A stretch of 64,000 nucleotides of DNA, taken from contig OZ287696.1 of NCBI GenBank assembly GCA_965649825.1, positions 353,101-417,100 on the forward strand. The letters run 5' to 3'. The translations under genes were made by a program, and so were the position numbers. How positions within the stretch are numbered: the first letter of the stretch is position 1; each line of letters starts with the position of its first letter. The DNA is from Penicillus capitatus. Its lineage: Eukaryota; Plantae; Chlorophyta. Below the pieces are notes generated by a model. That model saw nothing but the letters and a program-made list of their open reading frames with translations, was not told the origin of the DNA and made no database searches. Below are positions 36,584 to 49,676 of the stretch, piece after piece.

Positions 36584-39500
36584 TCACCAAAAGGGACACC
36601 ATCCAACATAGGCTTGGCAAAGATTGACATGAGACGTAGCCTCCTTTATTAGATAATCAACTTGGTCACTGACAGTAAGACTCGGTCCGTCCTGATCCAA
36701 TTCACGGCCGCCGAGCTTCAACTTGATGCGATTCGTAACCTGAAGCGCCCTGGCATTCACAATATAATGTGCACCTGCATGCCTTTGCCTTAGCAGACGG
36801 TGGTTGGGGAGCGAGATTTAACTTACCAGACAGGCTGTTGTCTTCTTCCTGCGTCGTGGGGAGGTAAGCCAGACGCCAATTGATTAAGGGATCGTAGACG
36901 AATGCTTCCAACATTGCCATCACTGTGTGCTTCTCTACCCTGAGGACATGCATGACGAGTTCACACGTCTTTCGGAAGGTGCCTTCGACGCCGGCGACCT
37001 CCATTGCCTTCACCATCATCCGCGTCAAGCGGAATGGGACTTTCTCTGGGAATTTCTCTCGGTTCATGCCTGCTTCGAAGCAGTCCCCAAAGTCAATGTG
37101 CACGAGCTTCCCGGTGTATCGATCGATCATGAGATTGCTGGGATGACGGTCGCCCAGTCCCAAGAAATAACCGACGATGCTCATCACGGCGCAGCTTCGG
37201 ATGTAGTTTGTGCGATGGGCCAACCAGTGCTCACTGCTAGAGCTCTTAATCCACATAATGTTCTTCAAGTCATCACCCGCTGTACAGTCCAGAGCGTGTC
37301 GAAACACCTCGACTTTCTGTATAAGCGTCAGATTCTCGCAATTCGGTGCCAGATTTTTCATCATCTGATGCTCCGAGTTGATGGGAATGCCTTTCACTTC
37401 TCTGTATTCCTTGATCAATGTGTGAAGTGTATCGCAATTTGGTACCCAACCAATCAGACCAACATTCGGCGACAGAGGTGTCACGGCATATCTGGCAATA
37501 CTTAGTTCATGCTCGGAGGCTTCAAAATCACTGGCCAAGATTGTGTTAACGAGGCCAAACAGTTGCATGACACGCTCATCTTGTCTGAGATCTTCGTGGC
37601 CCTTTAGCAAAAAGATATAACGGTTCCCATCCGTTCCTTCAATCGTCAGTTTTCGTGGATGCTGTTTCGTGCTCAAGACTTGAATCTCTCCAACGATTCT
37701 GTCAATGCAAACCTGCTCAGTCTGAAAAGGAGAATAGGTTCCAGGAATCGACAGCGTCCAGGTGAGATCCTGCAAATCTGGAGCAACGTCTGAGAGATGC
37801 AATACCACCATATCACGCGTGCTTCGATCGATTTTGCGGAAGACGGAATAATAAATATCCCATGCTTTCTGGATGATGGTCTCATCCTTATCTTCCTGAT
37901 ATCGCATCAGAAGACTGTACGCTTCATTCAACTGCTCTGCATAGTTCGCAACGAATTTCTTTTCGCTGTTCGTCGTGGCTGGCAGTGTCGTGAGGTCTCG
38001 ATGCAAAGGCAGGAGCACTTCTAGCATCTTTGGAATATCGGATTCTGTGAAATAGAATTTGCTGGCCTCCTCTAAGCTCTCACGCCATTTCTCATCCCAA
38101 AAGACGGCAATGTCCACAAATCGCCGTCCAACGAGCTCGCCTTCACTGACCAATCTGGGATAGACAAGGCGCATCAAATCCAGTGCCTCTAGTGATGCCG
38201 CCCGCTTTCCTCCACTGGCATTGTAGGAGGCCACGATAATGGGGTAGAGAAGGGCCTGAGGGTGGGAATGCCCGATTTTCTTGAGCAGCTGATGGATGAG
38301 ATCCTGAACGTGATGAGATTTCATGTAGATCCTTGCAATGATCTGCGGGATAACCACAATCCACGTCTCGATTCGCACCATTTTGAATCCCTCTGTCAGT
38401 TCGTCAATCACATTTGGAGCATCGCCATGATTGAACCACAGCGTCAGCAATCTCAAGATGTCTTGGTAGGTATCTTTTGAAGGACCACAGCCCAACATAC
38501 CACCCCACAATGCGCTGTCCTGACTTAGCTTCAGAGCTGTGAAGAATCCCCGCACCGCTGGAGCGACATAACGACAGGCCACGTCATTTTTCTGCTCTGC
38601 TGTATAGTAGGAGACGGCCACAAGGTGATACACTGCCCAGTCCCTCCACGCTTTGGCCCAATCGGGTGCAAAGATACATGCTGTGTTGGTTAGATCAATC
38701 AGATGATCGATGTGCTGCTCCGTTAGATTTTTACCATAACATGTCTGCCTCCATTTTGCCAAGACAACATAGGCTCGGCTGACGAGAGGGACAGATGGTG
38801 CAGCGATTTCATAGCCCTCTGATCCTTGAGGCTGAAGTTCCAGATGATCGGAGTGGATCATATCTGTCAGCCGGTCCATGATATCAAATCGCAGTTCAGC
38901 TGAAGCCTCTGCATTGGCAAAGACATGCTTCAAGAATGCAAACATGACTTCTGGGTTGCCACTGCCGCCGCCATAGCCTTGTTGTCCCTTCTGAATCGTC
39001 ATGGGATCATAACCCAGAAGCTGCAGCAACTGGGTCTTGGCAAACGGACCCTTGTCTTGCTTTCGACACATGGCGGCGAATTTCATCCATGTCAGGATGT
39101 CTTCTTCGGGCGTCAAGACCAAACTGCGAACGCTGAGGCAGCTTTCCCAAACGTCGGCGCGTTTCTGTACGGCATCTAAACGTTTCTTCCAGTACTGCAC
39201 GATCCGATCCGAGCGATCGGTCATGCCCATCTCCTGACTCTGCATCACTTGCATGACCTCTTCCAGTTCGGCCAGCTGTTGAACGCGAACCATCTTCTCG
39301 TAGGCGCGTTCATAACTCTCTCCCGACAGCGCCGCCAGATCTGCACTCAGAAACTGACGTGCTTTGTCAATAAACTGCCGAGCCTGGTCGAATTCGTGCA
39401 AATAGATTTTGTTGACACTATAAAGAAAAGCACATGTTGATGCATCCGTCGAATTCTCTTCATCCACATCCACCTCCGAGAGATACTGAGACATCTCTTC

Positions 39501-42500
39501 CCACTGACCCATCTTCCAAGCTGCCTGCGCAGCCAACGGAGCAATCTGTTTGCAGACAGCGAGATCCGACACATTCCATTGCCTCCTGCAGAGGGCATTC
39601 AGATTGGGCCAATCCCATAGAGCACTGTAGCATCGCATGCATCCGAGTTTGGCTTCGATGGACTGTGCCATTTCTTGTTGTGGCGCCTGAGCGCGACGTT
39701 CGTACATCTCTAACGCCTTGTCCCATTTGTGCAGTTTCTCATACCATGACTGTTTGATCTGCATCTTTAAGACATCTCTCGCATACACCAGCAACCCATC
39801 TGCCGCAGCTGGGAGGAAGCATTGGTTGTAGATGGCAAGCATGTTTTCTACGGCCCGTTCTGGACTGTCCTGGAATTCCATCTCCTTGTAATGCAATGCT
39901 TTGGCAAACGCCTGACATTTCATGGAGAGTGCTGCCAGTGTACGCTTGTCGAGAGGCAGTTGATAGCTGTTGTGCTCCATAAACTCGGCCAGATTCAACA
40001 AGGTTGTCAGAATTTCCGATGGAATGGTGCTACTGGCCATTGCCGCTTCAAGATGGCGAATGAACTCTCTCTGCACTCCTGGTGCCAATTCCGACCAGCA
40101 AGAGACAAAACTGGCTGAGAAGAGATCCTTTGCCATGGAGGGAATATACTGAGCAAATGGATGGCATGCTTTCAGCGCTGGAGAAGGAGAAGAATTCAGG
40201 AGCTCTAGCGAAAAGACACGCATCCATTCCAGCCAGTCCTGATATGTATAACGCTGTTCAGCATTCCAGACTTGCCTCAGGGCTCGGTCAGAAAAGTGCT
40301 CTCGCCTCTCCATATGTTCATCTCCTCCAGGAGGACTTGTCGAACAAACGCTGCGTTCAAAGGAGCGTCTCCATGCGCCGTTTAGCTCAGCGTCCGTAGG
40401 AATCTGATCTCGAGCGGGATAGAGGTGAGATGAGAGTAGTGTCATTTTTTCGTTTTCGATGCCTCTGCTCTGCAGAATGCCCTGGACTCTGCGGAATGCC
40501 TCTGGATCTAAACGGGCGGCAAAGATGAGCGAAGCCAGGACGTTCATGACTCTGGTGTTGTTGACGAGTGTCTCTTCTCCCCGGTGCAGGATTTTGATCA
40601 GGGGCACCAGAATCACACCTGTTAGCTCAGGAATGGACAAACTGGCACTGAAATCGGCCAGAAATGCGAGAAGTGAACTCTGGAGGTCCTCATGGTTACG
40701 GATACCCTTGCTCAGAAGACGTCGACTGATGCACGGTAGAATCTGGTGAAAGTGTGATTGAAGAGAGGGCCCAAAGGCACTGATCGTCTGCAATGTAACA
40801 GGGATCAAGTCCCACGTCTCTAATTCCAGAACCTCAATAAATCTCGGAACCAGCCACCCTTTGTATCCGTGCAGATCGTGTCGACAGATGGAGGCAATCT
40901 CCTTCAGCAGATTCAGTAGATCAAAGGCGATGTCATCTGAGCAGTTCTCCGTCCACAGATCGCGGATGAGTTTCATGAGATGCTTGAGAAAATGCCGAAT
41001 GTGCTGTTTGACGACGCGGACCAGACGTATGAACTGCTGCAAGATGTGCCGTTTGATCACGTCATCGCCTGAGTACACGGCATCACACCAGTTTGGCACC
41101 AACTGCACAAACAGACACAATCAGCACCGCAAACCACCCTCAACACATCGACAGGGCTCACGATATTGAGGTACTGAACAGAGGAGACGGAAAGAGAGCT
41201 GGTGATGGAACCGAGCGATTGGATGACATCTCTGTGAAAGGCAGAGAGAGAATGCTGCTTGAGCACTTTCAGCAGTGCATTGATGGCAAAGAGCGAATAC
41301 GATTCTTCACTATTGATCGCCACTTTTGAGATCATCAGTAGATCGGCCGCCCCTTTGTCGAGCTGAGGCCGACCTCCAAACACAGGGGAAGACTCATCCT
41401 GAGGCTTGTTGACAGGACGAACACCCTCGAGCTCCAAACGCCCTTCGCCAGATGCCTGGGCCTGAATTCTTCTTTGCGTTCCAGGATCGATGGCGCAGAG
41501 AACACCCAGCGTCCGGGTGACGGCAGTTCGAACTTCGGAATCGTCGACCTGTAACATGTCTAGGAGACGGAGCAGAAGCCAAGAGAAATCGTGATAAGGC
41601 TGATCCACATTGCCAGTGCTGGAGACGATCTTGCCCAATGTCTTGACGGCTTCGATGGAATCTGTCTCGATCTCGACCCTCTGAAGAGCTGCGACGGTCA
41701 ACTGCATGAGTGTCTGGAGCGATTTGGGATCAATCGATGTACCAGCTTGTTCTGCCAGATGTCCAGCTGTCTCCAAGGCAGCAGCCACGACTCCGGTGCT
41801 TGTCCAGGAAAACCGTTCTTTGAGCCATCGAATGGAATTGCTGCGTTCTTCAGGACTGGCATCTTTGGAGGTCGGTGGTTGCAATTGACGTTTGAGGAGA
41901 TGGATCAGACACTTGACAATCAGCTCGGCACGTGGCAAGATCACAGAGGGACAGGATTGGATCAGTTGGCTCAAGACTTCTGTCGTCGCTCGATTGTGTT
42001 CCTTATGCGAGCTCAGATCCAACTGCTGCATGAGATGCGTCAGGACCTCGACGACAGATCCTTCAATAAAGGTGCCACCAGCATGGATCAGTCTCCCTGC
42101 CACCCTTAGCGCTATCAACTGAACATCCATACACACATCTCCGAGTCCAATAAACAGAGCATGAGATGCAGGACAATTCAGCAGAGCGACATCTAGATGT
42201 GGACATTCCAGCAAGGACGCCCACAAGGCGAATCGCACACACTCTTCGGGATCGCTGACGCCGTGTACAATCACTTTTTCCAACAATTGATGGATACTCT
42301 CTGTGCTGCCGTGATCCATATGGATGTGTCTCTGGGCAATATGCAAACACGCAGAAATGGCTGCGCCACGTACCTTGCAGATGGGATTATCTGAAAGGAA
42401 AGCGCAGATGTGTTCCAATGCAAAACTCAGAAAGGAACGTCCAGCGAAATCAAAGGTGCTCAACACTTCCAACGTTGTGATAATTGCTTCAGGTGATCGA

Positions 42501-44181
42501 AGTCCTACAGCAAAGACATACCTCGCCTCTTGGCATCATAATATGTCGTTCATTGTCTGTCAAACCTTTGATCGTTTCGTGAAGCTCTGGCTGCATCTCG
42601 CCAGTGAAGGATCGTTCAATAAGCAACATGTAGATAGCATCTAATAACTGTTCGTGAATCGAAGTGGTAAGTTCGGGCACGCTTTCCAATGTCTGCAGTA
42701 TACCCATCTATGCATCCTCACACACATTGTGCGAAGTCTTACGTGTTTTAAACAGTTGACTAGGGAATGGGAGACACCAGTTCGGATCATCGGCATCAGT
42801 AATTGCTCTGCATACGATTTCCACTCTTCCTGCAGACACTGTGCAAGAACAGCGCAGCATTCGAGCGTTTCCTGGTGCATTTGAACATCGGCCAGTGTCT
42901 CCAGTGAACTCATAAGCCGCTCAGAAATCTGAGGCATCCAACTCATCAAACTCGATGCGTTTCCAAGGTTGTGCAGACACAGAGCCAAGCCTTTAAGAGA
43001 ACGGAACGAACTGAACACTTCTGAAGTGTCTACCATGTGATCTTCTCTAGCAACTGAGAGAATGATACGCATCGCTGCTACGAGGTGATCTTCGAAAAAC
43101 CGTTCCGGGCAGAATTGGGCCAATAGGGGAATGAGATCCAAGATCACCATATTCACATGATGATCATTTGAAGAATGGGCCTTCCATATTTGGCGAATCA
43201 CTTCCTCATAGCTTCACAAGATGGAGTGACATCAATCCAACGACAATGACTGTCTTACCGTGCCAACATAAACTCTCCACTGTACAGCACGAGTCTAGAG
43301 ATGACCATGAGAGATCCATGCACAGAGGCCACGTCCGAGGCTGTTCTCAGGCGCATTAAGGCTTCATTTGCCAGAGTATTGAACCAGAGGACACGATTGC
43401 GTGTTCTCCTTTGTTCAATGACGCAGAGACATGCACCTACGGCCTCTGCACTTGCCATTCTCAGATTCTCTGATTGGACACCCAGTCCTCGCCAAATGAG
43501 GTCCAGAAATCGCTGCACGTGGATGTTGAAAGCGGCCGGCGCATGTTCCGCAATGGAACACAACAGAATCACCGCATTCAGTTTCTCATAGGATAAGGAG
43601 TTATTCTCCAAACACTGAAGAGCCCAGACGACCTGCGGCAGCAAAGGTCCAAACAAGTTTCCGTGTTTGAGAGAGCCATACCTGTTTGACGATGTCATTG
43701 GCAAAAGCGCCGCCACTCTTGGCAACAAAGACACCCATAGCTGTTGCCGCACGACGGGTCACGCGTTCGTCTTCGGATGATTGGATCAATTCGTAGAGCA
43801 GCTTGAGTGACTGCTTAACAAACTCATCTCCCACAATGTGCTGCGCCACAATGCATCTCATGCTTCGGCAGCGTCTTCGATGAGAGGGGTACCTTGATGG
43901 AAAGTGTATCTTCCAGTGCCTGTATTCCTAGTAGAATATCTTCGGACATGGCACTGAGAAAGTGTGAGAAGTGAAGGGACGTGTATGGATGAGTGATACC
44001 TTTTGAAAACTGCATCGAGAAACTCTTTGCATTCTTCGAGGAGAGAGAAGAACGATTCTGGATGGGCGTCGTGTGACCGGGCGCTCAGAAAAGCGGCGAT
44101 GGCTGAGTGCCGTTGCAGTAGACAGTCCTGCTCACTGGAGCAGTTCTGCAGAATGGAACGCCAGAAGAGATGCGATGTCAT
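36584..44181 (-). CDS. TOR: Target of rapamycin kinase (HEAT repeats, FAT, FRB, PIKK kinase, FATC), multi-exon
   Basis: KCQAFAKALHYKE (FAT), SLEEASKFYF and AWDIYYSVF (FRB), FLLKGHEDLRQDERVMQLFGLVN, GLGDRHPSN, HIDFGDCFE, EKVPFRLTRM, and terminal NLCQAYVGWCPFW with the stop at 36584-36586. The start codon is tentative. Confidence 0.97.
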
Positions 44182-44807
44182 CGCGATGCAAAAGGGCAAC
44201 GCATTCGATGTCCGTGGCGTAGAAGACACGTTACTCGACGAAAGGGCGCACCTCCTCCTGTGTTGCACGCACATACAGAGGCCCACCACGTCCCATCATA
44301 ACCTCTCCTTGTCCCTGATGGCCCTTCACTCTTCTGCTCACAGATGACACTGTCCTATGGCACAGAGTGTAATCGTGACGATCCTGTGCATGTGAAGACG
44401 GGGAAGGGGGAGACGGAGTTGCCGGGATGATAACAGGTTGATGCATTGGTTGCACATTTGTAAACTTGACTGCAACTTTAAATGGTCGTTGAATTTTAGT
44501 GACGCTGCCTGTACATGATGTTTCGGTAAAAAACAGCCATAGAACAAATGAAGTCTATTGTGTTTTTCAGCGAGATCTATGAAAACGCGTCCTTGACAAC
44601 ACCTCTGCGAAATGGATTTTCCATAGCAATTTTTCATTGATGATGCGACATTCGAATTGCCCCGAGCACACATCTCATAGAACGTAAAAAGACAACGTGT
44701 GTCGTTATAGATCGGACATTGATACTCGTAAACAGCCAGCCGGCTACTTGAGAATGCTCAGTCGCTCATTAGCTTCTTTGGGTAAAGCGGGCAGGTGAGG
44801 AGGTGTT

Positions 44808-45921
44808 TCAGGGTTGCATGATGTTTGCGCGAATCGCTGCCAGCTCAATCTGAGTCATTCCGATGGACATGAGATATTTTTCAATGCCACCATGTTTCTC
44901 TTGAATGTATTCAATCAGACCATCAATCGCTTCGTAAGGAGCACTAATCACGTCGTCGTCCATCATAAAATCTTCGATCGGAAGCCTGTACATATCCTTC
45001 GCCGCTTTGAGTTGCAGCTCAGATGCAATGTAGTCTTGACAGATGGCCTAAAACGCATTTTTGACACTGCTGTCACATCAAGAGATAAAAGATTTACTTC
45101 CTGCTCGACGCCAGCCAACATGCTCAGTAGGCAACAAAGAATTCCTGCCCTGTCTTTACCGTGCATGCAGTGAAAAAGAACTGGAAAATTCGTCGCGTCC
45201 GTAAACACACGCATCATTTCAGCAATCACGGGCCCAGATTTATCAATGAGGATCTGATAGAACTTCCTGAATCCCAGGTAGTTGGGATCGGCAACGGCCT
45301 TGAGCATCAACCTCTGCGGAGAATTGCCAGTCACGATACACTTTGCCAGTTTTGTCCTGTCACATCATTATCACTCTATCATACTTCTCACATTGCATGC
45401 ATGTACCAAATCCTCTTGGGCATGCGTGTTAACAGCGTCATCTTGACGGATGACTGAATCATATCACAGTGATAGACGCGCAGATCTTCTGTCCCGTTGA
45501 TGGACTTGTTGGCATCTTCCAGTGCCACATAGACGGGATGCGTCTCCTATACATAGAATCACTTTTCTCACGCACTCTTTTTTTACACCCTTCCACTCTT
45601 ACTGGATCTGGCTGTCTTCTCAAATCCAGTAGCGTCTAACAAAAAAGCGCATCGTGAGATACGAGAGTCGAGGTATGCGACGATTTCTCACCTTTATTCC
45701 ATAATCTGCCACAGCCTCGAGACTACAAAGCGACGGTCACTTCGAGAATGTGTTGCGAAGTGAACAGACTTGAAGACTTCGGAGCTTCGGAAGAGGATTC
45801 CCGGTTTAATTCGCGTGCTGTCAAGTTCAGACACGTCACGACAGTTAATGGCAGCCGGGAGTTCATTAAGCGGGAGCGTTTCGCCGAGCAGAACATCCGT
45901 TTCTTCGTCGGTCTTGCCCAT
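44808..45921 (-). CDS. Protein tyrosine phosphatase, Y_phosphatase3/PtpB-like family, multi-exon
   Basis: N-terminal NCRDV..IKPGILFRSS, active-site loop FPVLFHCMHGKDRAG, and C-terminal IQEKHGGIEKYLMSIG. Confidence 0.8.
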
Positions 45922-46057
45922 GGGCGCCGTACAAACCAAGAATGACCACAAACGATATAACGAACGCACGCACGAACGGAAAAGCAATCGTAGTCGGGTT
46001 TGCAGCTGGTGGCACTTCATCTTCTTTTAGACGATGTGACGTGTGGCTTCTTGTCCG

Positions 46058-47023
46058 ATGGAAGCTCTGGGCTGTGAACACTACCAACGTCGTTGTCGCA
46101 TCGTGGCGCCTTGCTGCAACGAAGTCTTCTGGTGTCGTCACTGTCACAATGCCGCAAAATATGACGACGAGCCTGTATACCGTACTTCTATCGATGCTGC
46201 TGCATTCATGCCTGTCCCGCAGGACATCACGCGGCGTCATCTGCTAGACCGCAAGGCGATACGCGAAGTCGTTTGCGCAATGTGCGTCAGGCGGTCGGGT
46301 CGCACTGTGTGAACTGCGGAGTGCTTTTTGCGCGTTACTTCTGTGCCGAGTGTAAATTCTATGACGATGATACGAGCAAACAGCAGTTTCACTGTGAGCA
46401 ATGCGGGATCTGCCGCGTCGGTGGGCGTCAGAACTTCTTTCATTGTGATACCTGCAATTGCTGCTATCACATCGACATGCAAGTGCTCGCCATCTCACTC
46501 TTTTGCCTTTCTGTGTTCCAAAGTGTGATGTAGAATGATCATGTGTGCATAAGGAATAGCATGCACATGAATTGCCCCGTCTGTCAAGAGTTCCTCTTCG
46601 ATTCAATTAGAGAGATTACTGTCCTGAGATGCGGTCACACCATTCATACAAGCTGTCTAGAGCAACTGATAAAGCACGAGATACATCGATGTCCCATCTG
46701 TGCGCGATCCTTGACGGATATGTCAATCAAGTGGCGACAGCTTGATGTGATGGTCCGTGCCCATCAGTCGCCGCATAGAGTGGTGTGTGTGACCATTTCT
46801 GTCGATGCCTGTAGATAGCTACGACACCGATGCCAGCCGAATATAGACAACGCCGTGTTTCCATTCTTTGCAATGACTGTTGCCGCACTTGCACGGTCTG
46901 GGACGGTCATGATGTGACGTTTGTGTGATATCCTGTCACTAGGTACGCTACCATGCGTTTGGACACAAGTGTGCATCGTGTGGAGGATACAATACGGTCG
47001 TCTGTTCCTATCAAGACAACTGA
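46058..47023 (+). CDS. RCHY1: CHY/CTCHY zinc finger plus RING and zinc ribbon E3 ligase (RCHY1/Pirh2-like), multi-exon
   Basis: [75 protein letters not shown] and [11 protein letters not shown]. Confidence 0.88.
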
Positions 47024-47108
47024 GAGACTAAATACCCTCTTTAAGTAGACAGCGTCCACTTCCCCACTCCTTCTCCACTCCTCTATTCGTGTCGTCCGTA
47101 TCATGATG

Positions 47109-47363
47109 TTATTTCCCAGGCCGCTGCTGTTGCTGCTGTGGGTGTGCTTCCGTTTCTTTCTTCTTAGCGAGTTTCTCCTCAAGCGCCTTCTTATCCCTGT
47201 ACGACAGCCTTTTCGAGACAGTCCGTCGTGTTCACGCAATGTACCTTTCCCGACGCTGTTGAGCCGTCAGACCGTCTTTCTCCTTAGCTGTTTGCTTGCC
47301 ATTCTTGTCAGCTCGTTTCTTGGCACGAGTGCGATCCACGTCGCGCTGATTTCCGCGAGTCAT
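47109..47363 (-). CDS. SERF: Small EDRK-rich factor (SERF/4F5 family), 2 exons
   Basis: Spliced product MTRGNQRDVDRTRAKKR...DGLTAQQRRE-RDKKALEEKLAKKK matches the family consensus. It is missing from the ORF track. Confidence 0.85.
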
Positions 47364-47466
47364 GACTCAAGTAAATACGAATGCACACACATAGACGCAC
47401 GCACGCACATACACGAAACGTGGACACGTTCGAGTACATGATGTGACAGCCGATACTTCTTCACAT

Positions 47467-48583
47467 CTAATTTTCTTTCGATGTCGGATACCGAAAGTGT
47501 GACCAGACGTTTGACATGTAACGCGACAGAGACAGAACAGCCAGAAGAGAGGCAAACCAAAGGCTTAGCCATGATGTAATCGCCATTCTCTCCACCATCA
47601 ACGCTACAACACATCTCACTCTTTCATCCTACCAAGGTGGACGTTTCCCATACCTTGATCTGCCAGTCCCGTCATTCTCAAAAGAAAGCTGGGATGGCGA
47701 CAGGCCAGCAGCATGGAGGAACTCAGAAACTGAAACACCGTTTTCCACTTGCCCAAAGAATTGACTTTGACAGCCTAGTACATCACATCGGAGGGTCCGT
47801 TGTCATGCAGAAAGGCATGGATGGATAGACTTTGTGCGCTTCTGATCCAGCCGAGGCAGCCCATTCGCGCAAGGCTGACATGGTGATTTCGCGGCCGATG
47901 ATGACGATGACAGGGACGGCCATGGCGTTGCAGCTCATTGGTCGCGGCGGATCGGTCGACAGCAGAATCAGCGCCGTCGCTACCCTAGACATCACATCCA
48001 CCCATCCGTCCCCTCTATCTCTCATTCGCATTCAGCACACGCACATGAGCTTGTCTGCCACGGGATCCAGAAAAGCCCCAAATGTCGTCGTCAGTTTCAG
48101 CTAGGGTCACACATCTTCTACCCAATCCGCGGAGCTATGATGTGACAGTGGGTTACCCGTCGAGCCAGGTAGCCATCCAGACAGTCCGTCAGAGAAGCGA
48201 ACATAAAGACCGCAGTGCAGAGGAGGGGTGCTGCTTCGAAAGAAGCAAACCAGAGAACGACCAGGACGGGCACCAATAGAACGCGCACAAGTGTGAGAAT
48301 TGTGGGTATGGTAAAGAGCTCCTCTGGCTTTCGGGGCGAGGTAGGTACAATTCGAAGGGCCTGCTGACGATAATAGTCGCTTCTTCGGTCTATGGGCGAG
48401 TCAAAGGACTCCTACAATGCAACGCCCTCGACGTCGTCCTCTAACAAGGCATTGCGTAGAGACATGTGTGCCAACTCGGAAGAGAGTAACGCGTTTAATC
48501 GCGTCGTTTTGGCCGTTGCCTGAGGTGTGGCCTCTCATGGTGACGCAAAATGGAACGCACGAACATACGGATGACGCATTCAT
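47467..48583 (-). CDS. PGP1: CDP-diacylglycerol:glycerol-3-phosphate phosphatidyltransferase (PGP synthase), multi-exon; start at 48583 or 48538
   Basis: FTIPTILTLVRV, ASLTDCLDGYLARR (CDP-alcohol phosphotransferase motif), IIGREITMSALREWAAS and AVKVNSLGKWKTVFQ. Confidence 0.88.
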
Positions 48584-48657
48584 ACAAAATAAATAACATC
48601 TCAAAGATCGCTGTCTCGGAGATTTGTCTAACGATGTGTCTAAACTGCCGCCTTCTC

Positions 48658-49489
48658 CTAGACGATTGCCTTCTCCTGGGCAATAAGTCCCTTGATGCTA
48701 TCATCGAAGAGGGCCTTGACACCTTCCATGGAAGCACAGACACCATCATGGAATTCCGTCATTTCGAGGAGTTTCTCCAACGACGTCAATGCCGGGACCA
48801 ATGGCGTCAGATGGCCCGTGGCAATATCGTAGAGGAGGCAATGCACATAGAGTTCCGTTTCATTAGCCCAAGCGGCCTGGACGGCAGGAGATGTGCACAC
48901 ATTCACCATCTGCTCGATGGCATTCAGTTCGCAGAGGAGTTCGTAGCGTTTTTCATCGGACAATCCACACAAATGGCATGAGTATTTGTTGCGGACTTCG
49001 CGGATCTTCCCAATCCAGCAGCTCACACATCCACCTGTCTTCGCTGGCAGTGTGAGGGCAGCTTTGACAGCGCCGCAGCCATAATGCCCACACACAATGA
49101 CGTGTTTCACTTTCAGTGCACCGATGCCGTAGTCCAGCACACTCATGCAGTTCATATCCGAGTGGCTTACAATATTGCCCACATTACGGTGCGTGAAGAC
49201 ATCGCCAGGATCCATACCAAGAATATCATTACCCTGAGCAAAAATCTATAATGCTACAAAGATCGCAAACCAATCGACGCACTTACCACGACTCGCGAAT
49301 CGGAGCAGCCGATCCAGAGAAGGTCGGGCCATTGACCATGTGCATTGCGCGAGAAGTAGTCTTCTTTTTCAGCCCTCTTAGCGTCATGCCAGGCCCTGAG
49401 ACAGAACGGTAGGGTTGAGATGCCTCGAAAGGCAAATGGCGACGATTGGAACACTTGTTCTTGACGAGCAGTTCGTTGAGACGTTCCAT
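48658..49489 (-). CDS. Beta-class carbonic anhydrase, multi-exon
   Basis: WIGCSDSRV, PGDVFTHRNVGN and IVCGHYGCGAV provide the Cys/His/Cys zinc ligands. The start codon is tentative. Confidence 0.92.
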
Positions 49490-49676
49490 TCCTGCAGAAC
49501 GCGCTATAAACTTTGAACAATTCGGTCGCGCCGAAGAACGAATCGATGGGTGCAAAGTTCGAAGGGGTAGACAGTGGCCTCGTTCAAGAACACCTGAGAT
49601 ACGTGGCACAGCGACGGTCATCATTAATACCCCCATACGTCTTGTCAGTGCCATGTACCGTTTCTTCCCACTGCTG

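Noticed and set aside
44338-44673. 111-aa minus-strand ORF between the phosphatase and TOR
   Set aside because: AT-rich, no recognisable motif; more simply explained as phosphatase 3' UTR or TOR upstream region.
47357-47368. 12-bp perfect palindrome GAGTCATGACTC centred on the SERF start codon
   Set aside because: About 16 such palindromes are expected by chance in 64 kb (1 in 4096 positions).
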